Of a stretch of DNA of 64,000 bases, positions 55,061 through 63,034 are shown piece by piece. The stretch lies in the sequence record MH560358; one strand, 5' to 3'. A program made the translations under genes and the position numbers. The stretch is from Escherichia virus KFS-EC. The first letter of the stretch is position 1, and each line of letters starts with the position of its first letter. A model generated the notes under the pieces. The model did no database searches. It was not told where the DNA came from and saw only the letters and a list, made by a program, of their open reading frames with translations.

Positions 55061-55459
55061 TTAAGCCAATCGAGTGAGTTTATAAATTGTTTTAAAGCAT
55101 AGAGCTTTGATATCGTCTAAAACGCTCTGTAACGAGCTATCAACATCATTATAAATCTCACTAGCCATTTGCGTTAACTCTTGCAAATAGGCAATTTCGC
55201 TCATCTCCTTGCGGACGACCAACGTTGGCTGATAACGACCAGTGATCCCAATATTGGTTTCAGTGAAATCATCAACCAATTCTTGCATTTCAAGATAGAA
55301 CTCTTCTAGAGCCTTATGTTTTGCATAAGATCCAGGACCAGTTACTCCAAAATGCGCAGAATGCATATAAGTAACACTCATCAGACATTCACCGATAAAG
55401 CGGTCAACTTTATTAGCTTTCCCCTCTTCGGACGTCTTTAGAAAATCAATGAATTTCAT
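55061..55459 (-). CDS. hypothetical protein (132 aa)
   Basis: internal ATG; overlaps 3' end of the secreted-protein gene. Confidence 0.45.
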   Translation of the reverse strand: MKFIDFLKTSEEGKANKVDRFIGECLMSVTYMHSAHFGVTGPGSYAKHKALEEFYLEMQELVDDFTETNIGITGRYQPTLVVRKEMSEIAYLQELTQMASEIYNDVDSSLQSVLDDIKALCFKTIYKLTRLA

Positions 55460-55748
55460 GTTCTCTATTCTCCATATTATGCAACATAACAAACTGTTGT
55501 GCGGCATATTCCCCCATAATAAAACACTGCTTAGAATCCATACATTTACTACGAGCATACATCTTCATAATATGGGCATGAAATTTCTGGCTGGTTTCAA
55601 TGGAAGGAGATATTTTGTTTACATATACTATCATTGCACCGTCGAAATAATCAGTAAAGTCACCAGTTGGATCATATTGATCAGCACTGACACTTCCGAC
55701 CGCAGTCAAGCATATTGCCGCTGTTAGAGTTTTACGAATAAATGACAT
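55446..55748 (-). CDS. secreted protein (100 aa) with signal peptide
   Basis: MSFIRKTLTAAICLTAVGSVSA signal peptide; GGGGGAA SD; TATAAATA element about 35 nt upstream. Confidence 0.6.
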   Translation of the reverse strand: MSFIRKTLTAAICLTAVGSVSADQYDPTGDFTDYFDGAMIVYVNKISPSIETSQKFHAHIMKMYARSKCMDSKQCFIMGEYAAQQFVMLHNMENREHEIH

Positions 55749-55781
55749 AAGTCATTCCCCCAGATTTAAAATATTCAGTTA

Positions 55782-55789
55782 TATTTATA
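55782..55789 (-). promoter_or_regulatory. T4 late-promoter-like TATAAATA box inside a 9-bp-stem hairpin
   Basis: exact TATAAATA on minus strand, in loop of CCCCAGATT..AATCTGGGG inverted repeat (about 55757-55798). Confidence 0.35.
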
Positions 55790-55816
55790 ATCTGGGGCTT
55801 TATTTATGATTAACTC

Positions 55817-56413
55817 TTAGTTGGTAGTGCCATCAATAAAATGTTTACGGCACACAGAAACATATTTATCCTCTGCACCAACTTCGATTTGAGCACCATC
55901 GCGAATAACATTACCCTCTTTATCTACACGAAGGACCATTGTTGCTTTCTTGCCACAATGACAAATACCCTTCATTTCGACCAGTTTATCAGCAAATGCC
56001 ATCAATGCCGCAGATCCTTCAAATAGATTGCCCTGAAAGTCAGTGCGAAGGCCATAGCACAGTACAGGGATATTTGCATCATCAACAAGCGCACACAAGC
56101 CTAAAACATGCTCTTTAGTCATAAATTGGGCTTCATCTACAAATACAGCATCAGGACGCCAGCGATCTGGTCTACGCTTACCTAACGATTCACGATAAAC
56201 CAAGTCGAAAAGATCATCCGATTCAGTGAAGGTGATCGCTGGAGCACTTAGACCAATTCGGGAAACAACTTCACTTTCTGAATCTCGATTATCAATCGCT
56301 GGCTTAAGAATTAATACTCGCATATCACGTTCGGTATAGTTATAAGCACTTTGTAACAGAGAAGTTGATTTGCCAGCGTTCATAGATGCATAGTAGAAAT
56401 ATAATTGCGCCAT
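55817..56413 (-). CDS. tk: thymidine kinase
   Basis: matches T4 Tk as recalled (Y.AMNAGKS.SLL, VL.LKPAID.RDS, VDEAQF, YGLRTDF.G.LFEGS, CHCGKKA). Confidence 0.92.
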   Translation of the reverse strand: MAQLYFYYASMNAGKSTSLLQSAYNYTERDMRVLILKPAIDNRDSESEVVSRIGLSAPAITFTESDDLFDLVYRESLGKRRPDRWRPDAVFVDEAQFMTKEHVLGLCALVDDANIPVLCYGLRTDFQGNLFEGSAALMAFADKLVEMKGICHCGKKATMVLRVDKEGNVIRDGAQIEVGAEDKYVSVCRKHFIDGTTN

Positions 56414-56706
56414 TAATTAATCTCCAAAAATCCAGCAAGACCTAAACCGATATAAGTCCAGATACCAATAAAAAAGATGTTAATGCTCATGGCAAGGATA
56501 AACCCTTTTAGCGTTTTAGGATATCCAACCCAATATTCCAGACCATCTTCTAACCGGATCAGTTTATTGCCCTGAGAGTCCATATCGACTACAACATGTT
56601 TATTTCGAGATTGCAATAGATATTGTTTTACAATCTCTACACCCGCCATAATAACAATAACGAAAATAAAAGTCCACACAACAAGATTAATGATAGTCTC
56701 AAGCAT
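56413..56706 (-). CDS. membrane protein (97 aa)
   Basis: two hydrophobic helices; ATGA coupling to tk; GGAGGTGA SD. Confidence 0.55.
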   Translation of the reverse strand: MLETIINLVVWTFIFVIVIMAGVEIVKQYLLQSRNKHVVVDMDSQGNKLIRLEDGLEYWVGYPKTLKGFILAMSINIFFIGIWTYIGLGLAGFLEIN

Positions 56707-56917
56707 TTTCTATCACCTCCACCCAATCAGGTGTTTCCTGAAAGACTCCTTCACCTTCATGATGGTCGCAACCTTTATTGCTGCAATACATCCACCAATC
56801 CCACATTCCCCACGGTAAACGCTGCATATCGTCGTTACAGCAAGTGAAGATGATAGGCCAACCACATCTACCACAACGGCAGTTTTCCTTCATGTGAGCG
56901 GTATTAGGCTTCTTCAT
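56699..56917 (-). CDS. Cys-rich zinc-binding small protein (72 aa)
   Basis: CRCGRCG...CC...CSNKGCDHH; internal ATG with GGAG SD. Confidence 0.45.
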   Translation of the reverse strand: MKKPNTAHMKENCRCGRCGWPIIFTCCNDDMQRLPWGMWDWWMYCSNKGCDHHEGEGVFQETPDWVEVIENA

Positions 56918-57108
56918 AGATGACTCCAATATAATCGACATTTACATTTAGGGCAATGCGGTTCTTTAATATAATACCCGTCTGTCTTTGGAACACTAAC
57001 AGGAGCGGTTTTTATATTGTATTCAATGAAACAACGAAAACAAGTTACGTTTTCTACAGACTGACGTTTCACCCAATCACCGGAATATAGATCATTTTTA
57101 TTTGTCAT
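56914..57108 (-). CDS. zinc-ribbon small protein (64 aa)
   Basis: CFRC...CPKCKC; internal ATG. Confidence 0.45.
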   Translation of the reverse strand: MTNKNDLYSGDWVKRQSVENVTCFRCFIEYNIKTAPVSVPKTDGYYIKEPHCPKCKCRLYWSHL

Positions 57109-57553
57109 ATTCAACCACCACAATGTTAATGTCTGGAGTAGCAATATTAATGATCTCTTCTACACATTCCCACTCAAGGCCACCGATACCGCAACCGATT
57201 TTAGGAATATAGAAAGGCTGTATAGCACCCTCAAAAACATCATTGAGAGACTCAAATCCTTTCAGGATAGCACCATATTCAGCATTTGGACCCGGTCGGA
57301 ATTGGGTATAGAGATTCACCCCGCACCAGTTATAACCATTAACTTGATGCGTCCAGACACTAAACCCACCCAGCTTTTCGACCTTACCGCGAGAAGTTTG
57401 CTTGTCAATCTCTAACGCTTGCGGGAACTCTTTCGCGATCTTCGCAGCAATACCAGCGCCCATAGTATGAAAACAATTACAACCATGAATTAAATGACCG
57501 TTTCCTTGTTTAAACAGGGCGATGAGATCGCCCTTTACAGTATCAATAATCAT
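57098..57553 (-). CDS. macro-domain protein (ADP-ribose binding/processing)
   Basis: GDLIALFKQGNGHLIHGCNCFHTMGAGIAAKI and IPKIGCGIGGL align with the macro-domain pattern GDIT...VNAAN...GGGV..AI and ...STGVYG; GAGGT SD. Confidence 0.6.
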   Translation of the reverse strand: MIIDTVKGDLIALFKQGNGHLIHGCNCFHTMGAGIAAKIAKEFPQALEIDKQTSRGKVEKLGGFSVWTHQVNGYNWCGVNLYTQFRPGPNAEYGAILKGFESLNDVFEGAIQPFYIPKIGCGIGGLEWECVEEIINIATPDINIVVVEYDK

Positions 57554-57568
57554 AATATAAACCTCACA

Positions 57569-57928
57569 TTAGTCACGGGAAGACAACCCAGCCATAAAAC
57601 GGCTTAACAGTGTGTCGCGATAAGCAAAGCATAATTGCTTATCAGGGGCAGTATCACACAGGTTACGTTTTGTTTTAGCAAAGCTGGCAATACTCAGATC
57701 CCACGCTCGATTTTTTCGTTTTTCGTCTCGACCTTGTTTGTATGCTTCATCAAGTTCGAGCGCGATAAAATCACTACACATGTTATCATCATCACAGAAA
57801 GTTTTAATGATCTTTTTGTTGATCTCAAATCCTTTGTATTCGAACTTTGGATAAGGGCGCTCATTACTAGCAAGCGCACCAGCAGAGAACATCATAGCAA
57901 TCATAGCAATTATTGTCAACTTTTTCAT
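57569..57928 (-). CDS. secreted protein (119 aa) with signal peptide
   Basis: MKKLTIIAMIAMMFSAGALA signal peptide; four Cys. Confidence 0.55.
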   Translation of the reverse strand: MKKLTIIAMIAMMFSAGALASNERPYPKFEYKGFEINKKIIKTFCDDDNMCSDFIALELDEAYKQGRDEKRKNRAWDLSIASFAKTKRNLCDTAPDKQLCFAYRDTLLSRFMAGLSSRD

Positions 57929-57935
57929 ATATTCC

Positions 57936-58526
57936 TCAATAGCGTTTAGTCTTAAGAATGCCTTTACTCTTTAGATGGTTAGCCTTTTTTAGTACGTCAT
58001 CAGCATAACCTAATCCGGCTTTATAGTTCCATCCAGCATTGTAAGAAGCTAGCGCGAGTCTGATATTACCGTTTCGAATATCCAGCCAGTATGCTAACTC
58101 ATCCATCGCGTAGAATGCAGAAACCTCGCGATTCATGATAAAGTTGATAGTCTGGCGATCACTCATTTTAACACCGCGCTTTGCATTTTTCGCTTTCACC
58201 GTTTTAAGGTAATTTTGAAATAATCCATAAGCATGATGATTTTTCTTTGGTGCTAAGTTTGCACCCGCGCTTGATTCTTGCCATGCGATACCCGCCAGGA
58301 TGTGACCTAAACCCTTTCCGTTATAGCGAATATTCGGATGGTACTTTTTCAACTTACCGCTTTTCTCGAATTGCTCGCCGTATTGATAGGCGAAATGTAA
58401 ATTATCTAGTTGGTGTGCTGTAAAGTTGTCTATCGGCGCTTTTTTGATCGGTGCGCTAGTCGATGCGTGTGTAGCACCAACGGCTAGTGACAGACTCAAT
58501 ACTATCGCTTTTAGAACTTTTAACAT
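57936..58526 (-). CDS. secreted lytic transglycosylase-like protein (SLT domain)
   Basis: signal peptide MLKVLKAIVLSLSLAVGATHA; SLT-like motifs GIAWQESS, AYGLFQ, ASYNAG; AGGAGA SD. Confidence 0.6.
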   Translation of the reverse strand: MLKVLKAIVLSLSLAVGATHASTSAPIKKAPIDNFTAHQLDNLHFAYQYGEQFEKSGKLKKYHPNIRYNGKGLGHILAGIAWQESSAGANLAPKKNHHAYGLFQNYLKTVKAKNAKRGVKMSDRQTINFIMNREVSAFYAMDELAYWLDIRNGNIRLALASYNAGWNYKAGLGYADDVLKKANHLKSKGILKTKRY

Positions 58527-58611
58527 TAATTTCTCCTGTTTGGCTTAACTTTCTGATTCCATAATATAGCCCTATCACCAGAAAGTCAAGCATTAATTTA
58601 ACCAATTTCCA

Positions 58612-59034
58612 TTATTGGTCTACCTTCAAAACAACAGCCGACATTTTACCCGCCAGTCGTTTTGGATTCTCTATAATCATTCGGCAGCATAGACCGTGAT
58701 ATGGCTTACCATCTTCGATTAGATCTACTGTCATCCCGATCCACATGTTACCGTCAGTAATTTCTAATCGATTAGGTCGGTCTTCCATTTTCAGGAAGTC
58801 GAAGATCTCCGGCAAACGAGTTTCTATCTTATTGAATAGTTCCATTGTCTTATGTTCATCGATATGACGATCGGTTAGACGGTCGATCATATGCGGACTA
58901 AAGCGAATGAAAATATACTCACCATAACCATCATTCAAGCACTTTTCTTTGATCTGCGCATTGGTTTTGCGCATTTCGGTTTCGAAGAATCTACGCAGCT
59001 TACTACGGCGAACATGTACGTTAATTGTTTCCAT
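58612..59034 (-). CDS. regB: RegB site-specific endoribonuclease
   Basis: matches T4 RegB as recalled (IRR.KLRR.FE.E, RLEITDGN.W.G.TV, CRM.I.N..RL.GK); start at internal ATG with AAAGGA SD. Confidence 0.85.
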   Translation of the reverse strand: METINVHVRRSKLRRFFETEMRKTNAQIKEKCLNDGYGEYIFIRFSPHMIDRLTDRHIDEHKTMELFNKIETRLPEIFDFLKMEDRPNRLEITDGNMWIGMTVDLIEDGKPYHGLCCRMIIENPKRLAGKMSAVVLKVDQ

Positions 59035-59038
59035 TTTA

Positions 59039-59374
59039 TTATCCTTTCTTAAACAAATTGCGAAGCCAGTATACAAACGGGATTTCTTTAAACTTGAATT
59101 TCTCTATAGTTAATTCTTTAGTAGCAAGATGAATACCATAAGCATCATGTGTCACGATATGCCATTTTCTATAGTCCAAATGTGAACAACCGTCTGGATC
59201 TAGGTTAATAAGAGTTTCTCGCTCACTAGGATTATTTTTCCACAATTTTGTAATAGGATCGCACATAATTCGACCTAGCGTACCATGAATAATCTCACAA
59301 CGGTAAAGTTTTCCAGCAGTGAGATAGGCGCACCCGTCATAGTCGGTATAAACAAACACTTCTTTAACACTCAT
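59039..59374 (-). CDS. DGCSHL-repeat small protein (111 aa)
   Basis: two copies of DG-C-(A/S)-(Y/H)-L motif; paralog of 59677-59871; promoter upstream. Confidence 0.5.
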   Translation of the reverse strand: MSVKEVFVYTDYDGCAYLTAGKLYRCEIIHGTLGRIMCDPITKLWKNNPSERETLINLDPDGCSHLDYRKWHIVTHDAYGIHLATKELTIEKFKFKEIPFVYWLRNLFKKG

Positions 59375-59434
59375 TTTAATAATCCTTTGTTGTTTCGATG
59401 GGGGTATATTACTACCCCCGATCATGTATGTCAA

Positions 59435-59680
59435 CTACTTTTTCAAGATTTTTTTGATTGCATTCCAAAGACCTTTATTTCCAGGTTGTTTTGGTTCTTC
59501 GATCAGTGTCCATGTTCGACCGTCTAAGTGTGCACAATTTTTAAGGCAAATAAAAATCTAGTGTCCCTTATCATCACGGATATAACCACTATTCGCAAAT
59601 CTTTCATGTGGTGTATATTCATACAGTGTATTAGGTGTAATATACTTGCGGTTACTATAAGGTGTCATCACATACATCAT
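59435..59680 (-). pseudogene. paralog of DGCSHL family interrupted by in-frame amber (TAG) codon at 59558-59560
   Basis: hand translation: 40 codons, TAG, then 40 codons (…GYIRDDKGH*IFICLKNCAHLDGRTWTLI…) still aligning with neighbouring paralogs; ATGA-coupled start. Confidence 0.45.
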
Positions 59681-59871
59681 GGTACTAACTCCCAACGATC
59701 ACCGCGAAGATGAGAACATCCACCATCAAGAAGTATTGTAATACGATAACCTATATCATCTTTGATGTAACCGATTGTCGGTGGATTTTCGTCGTCTCGT
59801 GCCGGGGTAAAATCATACATCTTTCCGGGCGTAATATCTTGTCCTTTATTGCTATTTGTATAAACTTGCAT
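59677..59871 (-). CDS. DGCSHL-repeat small protein (64 aa)
   Basis: ATG with AGGAGA SD; LDGGCSHLRGDRW motif. Confidence 0.5.
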   Translation of the reverse strand: MQVYTNSNKGQDITPGKMYDFTPARDDENPPTIGYIKDDIGYRITILLDGGCSHLRGDRWELVP

Positions 59872-59892
59872 TTTCTTAATCTCCTATATTAA

Positions 59893-60591
59893 CTAACCAC
59901 GGGTATAGTGTTCCAGAACAACTGTCAGATGAATATATTCTAATAGATCTTTCCAAAAGTCAACATCTGGTTCTTCCGGCATACCGTTTTTCTTTGCCTC
60001 TTCACGCGCGAGTTTAACACGCTCGTAGAGATCTTTCAATTCTTCCCGCACATTATCAAAGGTTCTTTCTCCTAACTTACACGCTAAAATAGAAGAACGT
60101 CGCTCGAGCGGGAATTGTAGATCACCTGTCTGATAGATTTCAAGTAGCTGATAACCAACACGCAGAGCATGAGAAAGATCTTTCCAGTTACTGAAATACT
60201 TTTCAGATTTAGCTACCTGTTTCTTGAGATAACCAGACAAACCCCACATCCCAACATGATAGAATTTATCGCGATGTGTTCGGATGTATTCCCATTCTCT
60301 GGAGGATTCAATCAACATGTTACTAGGAGCGTGCACCATATCAATAGCGCCGATATCACCTTTACATGCCAGATTGATAAACCGTTTTAGACTGAACATA
60401 TTAACGTCAATGTCGTCTTTGGTGTTCTTGATACCTTGACCGCTAGTGCTTTGGTCATAGTGTTCTTTCATCGATCCTAAGATAATTTCTTTCGCAGTCG
60501 GAACAAAGATACCACGATAATCTTTATCGGAATTTTCAGTATCAAGGCCGTATAAGTGAGATCCGAAAACCATTTTAACCATTGTATGCAT
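59893..60591 (-). CDS. Pol-beta-superfamily nucleotidyltransferase-like protein
   Basis: N-terminal GS...D.D signature (FGSHLYGLDTENSDKDYRG) typical of minimal nucleotidyltransferase fold, followed by helical domain; GAGGG SD. Confidence 0.5.
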   Translation of the reverse strand: MHTMVKMVFGSHLYGLDTENSDKDYRGIFVPTAKEIILGSMKEHYDQSTSGQGIKNTKDDIDVNMFSLKRFINLACKGDIGAIDMVHAPSNMLIESSREWEYIRTHRDKFYHVGMWGLSGYLKKQVAKSEKYFSNWKDLSHALRVGYQLLEIYQTGDLQFPLERRSSILACKLGERTFDNVREELKDLYERVKLAREEAKKNGMPEEPDVDFWKDLLEYIHLTVVLEHYTRG

Positions 60592-60643
60592 AATTAAACC
60601 CTCAGTTGATTAAGAGATTGCATCATATCATCATAAAACGAAA

Positions 60644-60668
60644 AAGCCAACCCTTTTCGGATTGGCTT
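60644..60668 (-). terminator. rho-independent terminator after grcA-like gene
   Basis: AAGCCAA-loop-UUGGCUU hairpin followed by U-rich tract. Confidence 0.55.
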
Positions 60669-60674
60669 AAAAAT

Positions 60675-61091
60675 TTACATTGCTTCCGTAAAGGTGCGCG
60701 AAATAACATCACGTTGTTGGTCTGGAGTCAGACTATTGAATCTTACGGCATATCCGCTAACGCGAATGGTTAGTTGCGGATACTTATCAGGATTAGCAAC
60801 CGCATCAAGAAGAAGATCGCGACTCATCACATTGATATTCGCGTGCTGGCCTCCTTCGACAACCGGAGCACCATTATCTACAATCACCGGACGGAAGCTA
60901 GTTGTGTGCAGTGCCAGCGAATCGACGTCTTCTGCGGTGATCACATGGTCTTCTGCGAAAGTTTTACTAACAATTACTTTAGCGCCGATCAGTGCTTTCG
61001 GTTCGGATACCAGAATCATAGGCGCGAAGTGTCCACCAATAATAGTACCTTTATGCTCACCTTTCATGATTTGAATTGCTTTAAATTCCAT
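60675..61091 (-). CDS. autonomous glycyl radical cofactor (GrcA/YfiD homolog)
   Basis: C-terminus [33 protein letters not shown] nearly identical to the PFL/GrcA glycyl radical motif. Confidence 0.85.
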   Translation of the reverse strand: MEFKAIQIMKGEHKGTIIGGHFAPMILVSEPKALIGAKVIVSKTFAEDHVITAEDVDSLALHTTSFRPVIVDNGAPVVEGGQHANINVMSRDLLLDAVANPDKYPQLTIRVSGYAVRFNSLTPDQQRDVISRTFTEAM

Positions 61092-61226
61092 AATTCACCT
61101 CTTATAGATCAGGACGTTCGTCATTAATTTTACCAACCAAAACACCATAGAGTTTATCAGGTTGGATTTTACGATTCTTTTTAATTGTAGCACGAAATCG
61201 ACGAGCTACGCTATCTTTATTTTTCA

Positions 61227-61718
61227 TTAGTTGATACCTAAGCCAATGAAAATAGGTTGGTCTTCTACATTACCCATCCCAACACTAAGTCGATTCAATT
61301 CTAAAAACTGCAATACGCTGTCAGTAAATCCGCGCATGGTAGTATCTAGGATAAAAATTGTTTTGTCAAGACTACGACCTCGCCATGTGATCGGATTCAG
61401 GAAAGTTCGGATAGACGTACAATCTACATTTGAAATATTTACATTTTCACCACGACCGCGATCTCGGATCGTTTTGGCATGTTCCCGCGTTGTTGAAACG
61501 ATAAAGACACTATAGCCTTTTCGCGTATAATGGTCATATAACTTGATTGTAGCGTCTGTATGCCCTGTCTGACGGCCTAAATTGATTGAGACGATGGAAT
61601 CTAGGTCATCAGCAAAATTTCTTCGCTTACGGCGTTCTATGATGCCATTTACGGCAGAAATACACGCAGCATAAATCAAATCTTTACTTTCTAATTCTAA
61701 ATCAATGTCAATATTCAT
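61227..61718 (-). CDS. hypothetical protein (163 aa)
   Basis: ATG with GGAGA SD. Confidence 0.55.
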   Translation of the reverse strand: MNIDIDLELESKDLIYAACISAVNGIIERRKRRNFADDLDSIVSINLGRQTGHTDATIKLYDHYTRKGYSVFIVSTTREHAKTIRDRGRGENVNISNVDCTSIRTFLNPITWRGRSLDKTIFILDTTMRGFTDSVLQFLELNRLSVGMGNVEDQPIFIGLGIN

Positions 61719-61734
61719 GGTAAAGTCTCCAGTG

Positions 61735-61766
61735 AACGGGGAGAGATCCTAGATTGTCTCCCCGTT
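61735..61766 (-). terminator. stem-loop (10-bp stem AACGGGGAGA..TCTCCCCGTT) after peptidase gene
   Basis: strong hairpin; weak U-tract. Confidence 0.4.
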
Positions 61767-61779
61767 GATGGTTAATATT

Positions 61780-62169
61780 TTATTTTGGATCTGGGTATTT
61801 GCTGTGTGGTAGCTGAAAATGAACACCGTCTTTAAACGATACCCAATCCCCACCCCATTCAACAGGAACACCCAATTCTCGACCAGCTTGTTTAAATGCA
61901 TCAGCGATCATGCGGTAGTATTTCATGTTCCATGTATCCTTATCTTTCGGATACGCTACAACGTCAACCGCGAAACCGTGAAGATGACGAGATTTCATAG
62001 TCTTAGATTTACCTTCCGCAACATATTTCTTTTGCGTTTCTAGACTACGCACACCTTCCGTAATGCCAAAATCGACCGGAGTCAGTTCTAATGCACGATG
62101 AACGACTTTTACCAGATCAGGATGCACACCAACAAGCCGATCTTTGCTTCTTTGAGATAATTTAAACAT
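61780..62169 (-). CDS. M15-family peptidoglycan peptidase (L-alanyl-D-glutamate peptidase-like), candidate endolysin
   Basis: zinc-ligand pattern SRHLHGFAVDV ... DGVHFQL typical of VanY/T5-endolysin-type M15 peptidases; AAAGGGGG SD. Confidence 0.65.
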   Translation of the reverse strand: MFKLSQRSKDRLVGVHPDLVKVVHRALELTPVDFGITEGVRSLETQKKYVAEGKSKTMKSRHLHGFAVDVVAYPKDKDTWNMKYYRMIADAFKQAGRELGVPVEWGGDWVSFKDGVHFQLPHSKYPDPK

Positions 62170-62197
62170 TATTCACCCCCTTTGTGAGTGATAATAT

Positions 62198-62389
62198 TTA
62201 GATTCCGGCGATCCTGCATAGAGTTCTTGTATTAGCACCAATCAGGATCGCATTAACGACAACCATTCCCCAATCAACCCACTGATTATTATAAATGCTA
62301 AACCCGTTTGCAAGACCAAATACAAGCATTCCGGTACACATACTCAGAGCAATAATCAACATCACGGTAAAACCAAATGCAAATTTCAT
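62198..62389 (-). CDS. small membrane protein (63 aa)
   Basis: two hydrophobic helices; AAGGA SD. Confidence 0.5.
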   Translation of the reverse strand: MKFAFGFTVMLIIALSMCTGMLVFGLANGFSIYNNQWVDWGMVVVNAILIGANTRTLCRIAGI

Positions 62390-62390
62390 A

Positions 62391-62606
62391 TTATTTTCCT
62401 TTTCTCTGTTTACGTTTATAAAAGTAATACATTACCTCATCACGTCCGGTGATCCAACATGCTATGGCAGTAAACAGGTTTACAATTCCCAACACACCTA
62501 CTGACGCGGCGCTGTCAACAGACATAGGAACAGTAAAGGCCATAGCTAACATAGCAACGCCACAAATGACATTAAGCACCATTATAATAAGACCGAAGAA
62601 AACCAT
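62391..62606 (-). CDS. small membrane protein (71 aa)
   Basis: internal ATG with GGAGGA SD; two hydrophobic helices. Confidence 0.45.
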   Translation of the reverse strand: MVFFGLIIMVLNVICGVAMLAMAFTVPMSVDSAASVGVLGIVNLFTAIACWITGRDEVMYYFYKRKQRKGK

Positions 62607-62608
62607 TG

Positions 62609-62788
62609 TCAATCCTCCGACACAAGAAAACCAACAATCACGCCAGTGATAAGACATGATGCGCCGCTAATCAGACAACCCGCACCAAGTGATTCCCACC
62701 AGATCAGAGAAGCGACAATAACACAGAATCCCCATACTACCGCAATCACAACATAGGCAAGGGTCGCCAAAAACATATATTTGTTCAT
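62609..62788 (-). CDS. small membrane protein (59 aa)
   Basis: ATGA coupling; hydrophobic throughout. Confidence 0.45.
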   Translation of the reverse strand: MNKYMFLATLAYVVIAVVWGFCVIVASLIWWESLGAGCLISGASCLITGVIVGFLVSED

Positions 62789-62973
62789 AATAAATCCCAT
62801 TCACCAATCAAATATGAAAATAGCCAAATAAACAGAAACGAGGCGATTGATCCGGCAAGCAAAATAATATTAGAGAATCCGCTGTTTATCCAGTCAATCA
62901 AACAGAATACACCAGTATAGAAGCATAATCCCATTACAAAGCATACTATAAGCAACCATAGATAAAACGCCAT
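62785..62973 (-). CDS. small membrane protein (62 aa)
   Basis: GGAGGG SD; two hydrophobic helices. Confidence 0.5.
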   Translation of the reverse strand: MAFYLWLLIVCFVMGLCFYTGVFCLIDWINSGFSNIILLAGSIASFLFIWLFSYLIGEWDLL

Positions 62974-63034
62974 AGAAAGCCCTCCAGTGAGCTAATTTAG
63001 TGCGGGTAGTACATTACCCTACCCGCATTGTTAA

